Notes under the pieces: model-generated
Told to the model about the DNA's origin: nothing
Seen by the model: the letters and a program-made list of their open reading frames with translations, nothing else
Databases searched by the model: none
Translations under genes and position numbers: made by a program
Source: an uncultured Chloroflexia bacterium
GTDB lineage: Bacteria > Chloroflexota > Limnocylindria > Limnocylindrales > CSP1-4
Assembly (NCBI GenBank): GCA_963809375.1
Contig: CAWEJO010000010.1
Location: 325,850-389,849 of the forward strand
Direction of reading: 5' to 3'
DNA: 64,000 nt
In this document: positions 1-6,710 of the stretch, piece after piece
How the letters are laid out: each line of letters starts with the position of its first letter
How positions within the stretch are numbered: the first letter of the stretch is position 1

Positions 1-231
1 GACTGCCGCGGGCGCGGCGCCCCCGCCGCCGCGCTGCGCCGCCTGCCAGTCGCCCGGCCGACGTCCCGGGTCGGCCCGCGGGCCGCGGGCGCGGCCCCCC
101 GCCGTGGGTCAGCCTGCCGGACTGCGCCGCGCGCAGGAGCCGCCCGCCGTCGCGTCTCCAGCCGGTGACGACTTTCGCCGCCGCGGGCGCGGCGCCCCAC
201 GTGCCGCGGGCGCGGCGCTCGCCTCCGTGGG
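1..231. repeat. Cluster of the GC-only 14-mer CCGCGGGCGCGGCG inside two ~123-bp direct half-repeats, 3' of the hydrolase gene
   Basis: Exact 14-mer at 6-19, 181-194 and 204-217 (13/14 at 83-95). CCGTGGGTCAG recurs at 102-112 and 225-235. GGGCGCGGCGCC is the reverse complement of the GGCGCCGCGCCC core of the 35-bp array at 1177-1526. Confidence 0.6.
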
Positions 232-1017
232 TCAGTGCTTCGGCGGCGGCGTGTTCGCGTGAATGAACGCGAGGACCCGTTGCCACGCGTCGGCCGAGGC
301 CTGCTGGTAGTCGTCGGCCTTCCGGTCGAAGAAGGAGTGGGGCGCACCCGGGTAGACGTGGATCGAGTTCGGGACCCCGGCGGCCGACAACGCCTCCTCG
401 AAGGTCTCGACCAATTCGGCGGTGATTCCCTGGTCGGCACCGCCGAAGATGCCGAGCACCGGGGCGCGCATCTGCCCGGTCGAATCCGCGGGTGCCGGGA
501 TGTCATTGCGGCCCTGTCCGACGGGCCAGCCGTAGAACCCGATCACGCCCGCGAGGTCGAGCTCGAGCGTCGAAGTCATGAAGGCCAGCCGGCCGCCGAA
601 GCAGAATCCGATCGTGAACACGGCTCGAACACGATCGCCGTCGAGCGCCCGCAGGCGTTCGGCTGCGGCCTGGACGTCCCAGCCGAGGTTCGAGAAGCGC
701 GTCTCGCCGATGTGGGTCATGTAGTCGAAGTCCGTCGGGCGCTCCCGGATGCCGATCCCCGCGGTTCGACCGAAGTAGTCGAGGGCCAGGGCGTCGATCC
801 CGGCTTCGGCGAACCGAAGCGCGAGCTCTTCGTAGTACGGGTGAAGGCCGCGCACGTCCGGCAGGACGATGATGCCGGCGCCGGCCGGCTTGGCGGCCCT
901 GGCCACAAGGGCCGCGAACCTGCCGCCATCGCCCGCCCGAATGACAAGCTCTTCGATGTCGACGGCGCCGCCCGCGATCGGGGGGATCGGCGGATGACTG
1001 TCGAGGTCGAAGCACAT
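232..1017 (-). CDS. Dienelactone hydrolase family protein
   Basis: Frame of ORF 232..1158, started at ATG 1017 because the upstream 47 codons are Arg/Pro-rich junk. Motifs IIVLPDVRGL, GFCFGG (nucleophile elbow) and YPGAPHSF. Confidence 0.85.
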   Translation of the reverse strand: MCFDLDSHPPIPPIAGGAVDIEELVIRAGDGGRFAALVARAAKPAGAGIIVLPDVRGLHPYYEELALRFAEAGIDALALDYFGRTAGIGIRERPTDFDYMTHIGETRFSNLGWDVQAAAERLRALDGDRVRAVFTIGFCFGGRLAFMTSTLELDLAGVIGFYGWPVGQGRNDIPAPADSTGQMRAPVLGIFGGADQGITAELVETFEEALSAAGVPNSIHVYPGAPHSFFDRKADDYQQASADAWQRVLAFIHANTPPPKH

Positions 1018-1176
1018 GGCGCGGAATCCTCCGGATGGGCGGCACGGGCGGCGCGGACGGCGCGGACGGGCGCATCGTGCCACACGCGGCGCCCGGGAGT
1101 CGCGAGCGGACGGTTGCCGCCGGGGCGCGGGGCGGGCGAGCCCGGCCCGAGGCGCCAACCTGCGCCCCCCGCGCCG

Positions 1177-1526
1177 CCGATCCCGCTCGGCGCTCCCTGT
1201 GGCGCCGCGCCCCGTTACCGCTCGGCGCTCGCTGTGGCGCTGCGCCCCGATCCCGCTCGGCGCTCCCTGTGGCGCCGCGCCCCGATCCCGCTCGGCGCTC
1301 CCTGTGGCGCCGCGCCCCGTTCCCGCTCGGCGCTCGCTGTGGCGCTGCGCCCCGATCCCGCTCGGCGCTCGCTGTGGCGCCGCGCCCCGATCCCGCTCGG
1401 CGCTCCCTGTGGCGCCGCGCCCCGTTCCCGCTCGGCGCTCGCTGTGGCGCTGCGCCCCGATCCCGCTCGGCGCTGCCTCTGGCGCCGCGCCCCGATCCCG
1501 CTCGGCGCTGCCTCTGGCGCCGCGCG
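1177..1526. repeat. Tandem array, 10 x 35 bp, no spacers (minisatellite/VNTR-like)
   Basis: Unit CCGATCCCGCTCGGCGCTCCCTGTGGCGCCGCGCC repeats with an exact 35-bp period and three unit variants. Each unit carries the inverted repeat CGGCGC-N8-GCGCCG. Confidence 0.95.
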
Positions 1527-1532
1527 GACCTC

Positions 1533-1725
1533 AATTCCCTCCACAAGGTGCACGCAGTGCACCTTGTCGCAGGTTCGGGGCCCGGTGACTGCCTGAACAG
1601 CCGCTTTCCCCGGTGGTCTCCCGTCCGGACCACGCTCGGGCCGGGGTCGCGACCGCCTGTCCCTGGGCCACCGGTCGCCCGTCATCGACCGTAAGGTGCA
1701 CGCAGTGCACTTCGAGGAGGAAAGG
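1533..1725 (+). repeat. Palindrome-bounded ~190-bp element, copy L
   Basis: Bounded by ACAAGGTGCAC-GCA-GTGCACCTTGT (1543-1567, 11-nt perfect arms) and AAGGTGCAC-GCA-GTGCACTT (1693-1712). Its flanks and ends resemble copy R at 2717-2895. Confidence 0.7.
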
Positions 1726-1812
1726 TGGGGCGAGCGCTCCCGGCCGGCCGCCTGGATCGAGCGCGATGCGAGCGATACGCCTGCGATAAGGGCCAGCCGC
1801 CAGCATGGCCGC

Positions 1813-2580
1813 ATGAACTGGCTTCGGGTCGGTCGCCAGCTCCGTGGCATCCGATTGCATCGGAACATGCGCCAGCAGGACGTCGCCATTCGAGCTGGCG
1901 TGTCGCGATGGGTCGTCGCTCGTGTCGAGCGTGGACGGGTCGACGACCTCTCGATAGCGGCCATCGAAGCCGTCGCACGAGCCCTCGAGGCCGACGTCGA
2001 CCTTGTGGTGCGCTGGCGCGGCGCTGACATCGACCGCGTCATGGGAGCGGGCCACGCCGCGCTCCACGAGGCGATTGCCCGCCTGCTCGACTCGCGCGGC
2101 TGGGCATTCGTGCCTGAGCTCTCGTTCTCCATCTGGGGCGAGCGCGGCGTGATCGACGTCGTGGCCTGGCATGGACGTTCAAGGACACTGCTCGTCATCG
2201 AGATCAAGACCGAGATCGTCGACGTGCAGCGACTCATCGGCACCGTCGACCGATACGGCCGCCTCGCGCCTGCCGTTGTCCGCGAGCGCGGCTGGGTCCC
2301 CGACCGGGTGGCCGTCTGGGTGGCCGTCGCAAGCTCGTCGGCGAACCGGCGGCGGCTCGCCGAGCATTCGACCGTCCTCCGCGCTGCATTCCCTGATGAC
2401 GGTCGAGTTGTTCGCCGTTGGCTCGGCCGGCCGGATGGGCCGCTCCGCGCGCTGTCGTTCGTTGCCGTCGACGCAGTTCGTCAGCGAACGGCCGCGCGGG
2501 GATCGCGCTTGCGCGTCAGGCGCCCGAACCGGCCGAACCATCACGGGTTGAGGGCGAGCTCCAACATCGCCCTGGGGTAG
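1813..2580 (+). CDS. Hypothetical protein: XRE-type HTH domain fused to a PD-(D/E)xK (restriction-endonuclease-fold) domain
   Basis: Frame of ORF 1696..2580, ATG 1813 (255 aa). HTH segment MRQQDVAIRAGVSRWVVARVERG. Nuclease-fold triad: E in VPELSF, D in GVIDVVAW, ExK in LLVIEIKTE. Confidence 0.75.
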   Translation: MNWLRVGRQLRGIRLHRNMRQQDVAIRAGVSRWVVARVERGRVDDLSIAAIEAVARALEADVDLVVRWRGADIDRVMGAGHAALHEAIARLLDSRGWAFVPELSFSIWGERGVIDVVAWHGRSRTLLVIEIKTEIVDVQRLIGTVDRYGRLAPAVVRERGWVPDRVAVWVAVASSSANRRRLAEHSTVLRAAFPDDGRVVRRWLGRPDGPLRALSFVAVDAVRQRTAARGSRLRVRRPNRPNHHGLRASSNIALG

Positions 2581-2603
2581 GGCCGCGCGATCACCCTGTC
2601 CCC

Positions 2604-2628
2604 GTGCATGGCCGAGCGACATGCAGTG
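2604..2628 (+). terminator. Hairpin just after the HTH-nuclease stop (split variant of the island palindrome)
   Basis: GTGCATGGC-N7-CATGCAGTG with TGCATG/CATGCA arms, 24 nt after the stop at 2578-2580. No U-tract. Confidence 0.25.
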
Positions 2629-2716
2629 ACGGCTGTTGGCGCCGAGCGGCCGGGATCGTCGTCGGCGCATCCGCAGCCGGCGCTTCGGCGCGAGAGACCC
2701 GGCGCTCCGCCCACGC

Positions 2717-2895
2717 AATCCTCCGCGAAGTGCATGGCATGCACCTTGCAGCGAATTCGTGGCCCGGACGGGCATGTCCAGGGTCGCCCGCCGCTGCCTC
2801 CCGAGCGCGCCTCGATCAGCGTCGCGGGCGAGCAGGGCGCCCTCCCGTCGCGATACCTCTCGCAAGGTGCACGGAGTGCACATAGCGGACGATTT
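2717..2895 (+). repeat. Palindrome-bounded ~190-bp element, copy R (diverged direct copy of 1533-1725)
   Basis: Bounded by AAGTGCAT-GGC-ATGCACCTT (2728-2747) and AAGGTGCAC-GGA-GTGCAC (2864-2881). The left flank AATCCTCCGCGAAG and the right-of-palindrome GCAGCGAATTCGTGGCCCGG match copy L. Confidence 0.65.
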
Positions 2896-2990
2896 CGGGC
2901 GGCGGCACCCATGCCCTTGCCGGCCGCGGCCATCGCGCGGCCCTCGCGTGCAGTGCCGCTGACCCGGACCCGGGTTCGAGGGCGCCACCG

Positions 2991-3267
2991 CGGCGGCGGC
3001 GCGCCCAATCGCGGCGGCGCGCCCAATCGCGGCGGCCGCACGCCCAATCGCTGCGGCCACGGCCTCTCGCCGCCGCGGCGGGCGCTGCCCCGCTGCTCCG
3101 CCGCGGCGACGCTCCCGCCGGTGACCGGGCCGCCCCGCTGCTCCGCCGCGCCATGGCCGCCGACGCTCCCGCCGGTGACCGGGCCGCCCCGCTGCTCCGC
3201 CGCGCCGCGGCGGCCGCAGCCGCCGCGCCGCGGCCACCGACGCTCCCGCCGGTGACCGGGCCGCCCG
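2991..3267. repeat. Composite tandem repeats (3 x 18/21 bp, then 2.5 x 43-bp core)
   Basis: GCGGCGGCGCGCCCAATC at 2993-3010, 3011-3028 and 3029-3049 (the last has +3 bp). GACGCTCCCGCCGGTGACCGGGCCGCCCCGCTGCTCCGCCGCG at 3108-3150 and 3162-3204, truncated at 3239-3266. Confidence 0.85.
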
Positions 3268-3283
3268 GCTACAATCCGGCCCG

Positions 3284-4561
3284 ATGGCCACGCCACTCGT
3301 CGTGATGAAGTTCGGCGGCTCGTCGGTCGGCAATGCCGATCGCATCCGGCGCGTCGCGCGGCGGATCGCCCGCGCCCGCGAGGAGGGTGTCGACCTGTGC
3401 GTCGTGGTGAGCGCGATGGGCGACACCACCGACGAGCTGCTCGCCCTGGCGGCGGCCGTCACGGAGGATCCCGACCTGCGCGAGCTCGACATGCTCCTCG
3501 CGACCGGCGAGCACCAGAGCGCGACCCTGATGTCCATGGCGCTGCATGCCCTCGGCGTGGGGGCGATCAGCCTCACCGGCGCCCAGGCCGGGATCCGGAC
3601 CGACGGGACCTACGGCAAGGCCCGGATCGCGGGGATCGACCCGATCCGGATCCACACCGAGATCGCGAGCGGCAAGGTCGTGATCGTGGCCGGCTTCCAG
3701 GGCCAGAGCGCCAAGGCGCTCGAGCTCGCCGAGACGACCACCCTCGGCCGGGGCGGCTCCGACACCACCGCAGTCGCGCTCGCGGCCGCGCTCCGCGCCG
3801 ACCGCTGCCAGATCTTCACGGACGTGAAGGGGATCTTCACCGCCGACCCGCGCCTGGTCGCGGACGCCCGCCAGCTGTCGGTGATCGGGTACGAGGAGAT
3901 GCTCGAGCTCGCCCACCAGGGCGCGCAGGTCATGCAGGTGCGCGCCGTCGAGCTCGGCTGGGTCAACGGCGTCGTCATCGAGGTCCTCAGCTCCTTCGAG
4001 GAAGCGCCGGGGACGCTGATCAAGGAGGACCCGCTCGTGGAGCAGCGCAACAAGGTCCGCGGGATCGCCCACGACCGGAACGTCGCCAAGGTCACCCTCG
4101 TCCAGGTGCCAGACCGGCCTGGCGTGGCGAGCGCCGTGTTCGGCGCGCTCGCCGACGCCGCCGTCGTCGTCGACATGATCGTCCAGAACGTCGGCCACGG
4201 CGGCGCGACGGACATGAGCTTCACGCTGCCGCGGGTCGACCTGGCGAAGGCCAAGCGGGTCCTCGAGCCGCTCGTCCGCGAGCTCGGCTTTCGCGAGATG
4301 ACGACCGACGCATCGATCGCCAAGGTGTCGATCGTCGGTGCCGGGCTCCACAACGCGCCCGGCTACGCCGCCCGCATGTTCGGGACGCTCGCCGAGAACG
4401 GCGTCAACATCGAGATGATCTCCACCTCGGAAGTCCGGATCACCTGCACGATCGCCGAGGACCAGCTCGAGCAGGCCGTCACGGCGCTCCACGCAACCTT
4501 CGAGCTGGCGAGCCCGGACCCCGTGGACGCGGCCGCCGCGCCGGGCCCCGGGGCGAGCTGA
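3284..4561 (+). CDS. lysC: Aspartate kinase
   Basis: 425-aa ORF. N-terminal VVMKFGGSSV, VVSAMGDTTDELL, and C-terminal ACT-type regulatory region. Confidence 0.95.
   Translation: MATPLVVMKFGGSSVGNADRIRRVARRIARAREEGVDLCVVVSAMGDTTDELLALAAAVTEDPDLRELDMLLATGEHQSATLMSMALHALGVGAISLTGAQAGIRTDGTYGKARIAGIDPIRIHTEIASGKVVIVAGFQGQSAKALELAETTTLGRGGSDTTAVALAAALRADRCQIFTDVKGIFTADPRLVADARQLSVIGYEEMLELAHQGAQVMQVRAVELGWVNGVVIEVLSSFEEAPGTLIKEDPLVEQRNKVRGIAHDRNVAKVTLVQVPDRPGVASAVFGALADAAVVVDMIVQNVGHGGATDMSFTLPRVDLAKAKRVLEPLVRELGFREMTTDASIAKVSIVGAGLHNAPGYAARMFGTLAENGVNIEMISTSEVRITCTIAEDQLEQAVTALHATFELASPDPVDAAAAPGPGAS
4037..4561 (+). CDS. lysC: Possible aspartokinase beta subunit from an in-frame internal start
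   Basis: AAGGAGGA (4022-4029) lies 7 nt before an in-frame GTG at 4037, at the start of the ACT region. Nested alpha/beta lysC subunits are known in high-GC Gram-positives. Confidence 0.45.
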   Translation: MEQRNKVRGIAHDRNVAKVTLVQVPDRPGVASAVFGALADAAVVVDMIVQNVGHGGATDMSFTLPRVDLAKAKRVLEPLVRELGFREMTTDASIAKVSIVGAGLHNAPGYAARMFGTLAENGVNIEMISTSEVRITCTIAEDQLEQAVTALHATFELASPDPVDAAAAPGPGAS

Positions 4562-4575
4562 GCGCCAGGCGGGCC

Positions 4576-5419
4576 GTGGCGGGCTTTCTCGCCCGGCAGG
4601 AGCGGTTCGGCAGGATTGCCTCGACCCAGGACGTGGTGCGGGCCTGGCTCGCCGCCGGCGTCCCCGAGGTCTGCCTCGCGGCAGCCGCCGAGCAGACCGC
4701 CGGCCGGGGCCGCCGTGGCCGGACATGGATCGCGCCGCCGGGCACGTCCGTCATGCTGTCGGTCGGCTTCCGGCCGACCTGGCTGGCGCCCGACCTCGCC
4801 TGGCGACTCGCCGCGGCCGTCAGCCTGGCCATGGCCGACGCGGCCGAGGACGCAGCCGGCCTGCGCGTCGGCGCGATCCGCCTCAAATGGCCGAACGACC
4901 TCGTGATCGAGACCGACGCTCAGGGAGCGCCGCTCGCGGGCGTGGGCGGCGGTCACGTCCGCAAGCTCGGCGGCGTCCTCGGCGAATCCGACGGCCTCGG
5001 GAAGCGCCGATCCACGGGTCGTGGTCGGGATCGGGATCAACGCGGACTGGGCCGCGGCCGACTTCCCAACCGATCTCGCGGCAGGCATGACGAGCCTCCG
5101 CGAGGCGGCCCGCGGCCGCCCGATCGACGGCGACGAGGTCCTCGACGGCTTCATCGACCGCCTTGAGGGGCGACTCGCCGCGCTGCGCGGGGGATACTTC
5201 GACATCGAGACCTGGGCCGCCCGCCAGGTCACGACCGGGCGCCGAGTGGTGGTCGAGGGCCACGCCGACGAGCCGGAGGAGCTCCTCGCCGTCGGCGTGG
5301 ACGCCGGCTCCGGGGCGCTCCTGGTTGCCGATCCGGCCGCGCCAGACGGGGAGCGGCCGATCCACGCGGGGGAGATCACGCGGATCCGGGTCGTCGACGC
5401 GACCCGGCCGCCCGTGTAA
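4576..5419 (+). CDS. birA: Biotin--[acetyl-CoA-carboxylase] ligase (short form without HTH); frame broken near 5002 in this assembly
   Basis: GTG 4576. GRGRRGRTW and KWPNDL..KLGGVLGE are in frame 1; VVVGIGINADW continues to the stop at 5419 in frame 2. Confidence 0.8.
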
Positions 5420-5435
5420 CGAATTCGAGGTCGCG

Positions 5436-6084
5436 GTGTTCAGGAGAGGTGAGGGAGCAGAGGCGGCCGGCACGGTTCGGCGGGTGGTCCCGCTCGATCC
5501 GGACCGGTCGCTGGTGCGGGCCGCGCAGGCGGATCCGGCCAGCTTCGACGCCCTCTACCGGAAGTACGTCGGACAGGTCTACAGCTTTGCCTATCACGAG
5601 CTCGCCGATCACCACGAGGCGGAGGACGTGACCGAACGGTCGTTCCTGCTCGCCCTCGACGCCCTCCCGCGCTTCCACGAGGAGGCGCCCGTCGAGGCCG
5701 GGCCGGAGGCGTCCACGTTCCGCGTGTGGCTCTTCCGGATCGCCCGCAACGCGATCTCGAACCAGCGCCGGGCCCAGCGCCGGCGGCCCACGGCTCCCCT
5801 CGAACGCCGTCGCGGCCATCGCCGCGGCCGACGACGTGGAGGCTCGGGCGATCGCCCGGGCCGATGCCCTCGAAGCGTGGGCCGCGGTCCGGCGGCTGCC
5901 CGACGACCGGCGCCGCGCCCTCGAGCTGCGGTTCGTCGAGGAGATGAGCACCGCGGAGATCGCCGGCGTGCTCGGCAAGTCCGAGGGCTCGGTTCGCGTC
6001 CTGCTCCACCGGGCCCTGCGGGCGGTTGCGAACGACCTCGGCGCTCGCGGCCACGGCCCGTCCGGCGAAGGCCGGCGGCCGTGA
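5436..6084 (+). CDS. ECF-type sigma-70 family sigma factor; frame broken near 5805
   Basis: Region 2 (FDALYRKY..WLFRIARNAISN) is in frame 3 and region 4 (RLPDDRRRALELRFVEEMSTAEIAGVLGKSEGSVRV) in frame 1. Start GTG 5436 or 5484 is uncertain. Confidence 0.8.
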
Positions 6085-6710
6085 ACGGCCACCTCGATCC
6101 CCTGGGGCGCATCGGGCGCCTCGACGCCGAAGCGCTCGCGACGGACCACTACCTCGAATCGCTGCTGGCCTCCGCGGTTCGGCGCGAGCCCGACGCCGAG
6201 CCCCCGGCGGAGGTCGATCCGGCCCTGGAGGCGGTTGCCATCGCCCTGCGCGACGGCGCCGTCCGGGTCCACCCGAGCTTCCGGTTCGAGGAGCGGCTGG
6301 CTCGCCGCCTCGCCGAGGCCGCTGCGGACCTTCGTCTCGTGCCGGCGGCGAGCGGCGAGACCGGGGCCCCGGTCATCGCCTTCCGGAGGGCCGGCGGCGC
6401 CGCGGCCGGTGTCGCCGCGGCCGGTGTCGCCGCGCCCGGTGTCGCCGCGGCCGACGTCGCCGCGGCCGGCGTCGCCGCGGCCGGCATCGCCGCGGAAGAC
6501 GTCGCCGAGGGAGCCGCGCGCGCGGCGCAGGGCTCTCCGCGCCCGATCGCCCGACCGCTCATCGTGGGTGGCGCGCTCACCTCGGCCGCGATCTCGATCG
6601 CGGGCGCCGCGTTCGTCGCGTGGCGGCTCGCCCGCTCGGGGGCAGCCGGCGCCGGCGCGCCCGGATCGGCCGCCGGATCGCTGCCCGGCCTGCTCCGGAG
6701 GCTCGACTGA
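6081..6710 (+). CDS. Putative anti-sigma factor / single-pass membrane protein
   Basis: GTG 6081 overlaps the sigma-factor stop (GTGA). C-terminal TM segment PLIVGGALTSAAISIAGAAFVAW. No recognisable anti-sigma motif; the call rests on position only. Confidence 0.45.
   Translation: MNGHLDPLGRIGRLDAEALATDHYLESLLASAVRREPDAEPPAEVDPALEAVAIALRDGAVRVHPSFRFEERLARRLAEAAADLRLVPAASGETGAPVIAFRRAGGAAAGVAAAGVAAPGVAAADVAAAGVAAAGIAAEDVAEGAARAAQGSPRPIARPLIVGGALTSAAISIAGAAFVAWRLARSGAAGAGAPGSAAGSLPGLLRRLD
6396..6500 (+). repeat. Coding 15-bp tandem repeat (7 units) giving (AAGVA)n
   Basis: GTCGCCGCGGCCGGT-like units repeat with an exact 15-bp period inside CDS 6081-6710. Confidence 0.85.

Noticed and set aside
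1177-1526. 35-bp direct repeats that look CRISPR-like in unit length and hairpin potential.
   Set aside because: The units are strictly head-to-tail with no spacers, and no cas genes are present in the window. This is a minisatellite, not a CRISPR array.
1696-1812. Longer form of the HTH-nuclease ORF starting at GTG 1696, and the RBS-like GAGGAGGAAAGG at 1714-1725.
   Set aside because: GTG 1696 lies inside palindrome 2, and the extra 39 residues precede the normal start of an XRE HTH. The purine box is mirrored at the other palindromes and so appears to be part of the repeat element, not a Shine-Dalgarno sequence. ATG 1813 is preferred.
1543-2881. GTGCAC (the ApaLI-type hexamer) palindromes as evidence for a restriction-modification system.
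   Set aside because: No methyltransferase gene is nearby. GTGCAC also occurs in ordinary coding regions of the window (for example about 18895, 28576, 47347, 47356, 47555 and 54386), so no avoidance is evident. It remains only a testable side idea.
2960-2990. GGTTCGAGG, which looks like a tRNA T-loop.
   Set aside because: The flanking sequence cannot form a T-stem, an acceptor stem or an anticodon arm. No tRNA is supported anywhere in the window.
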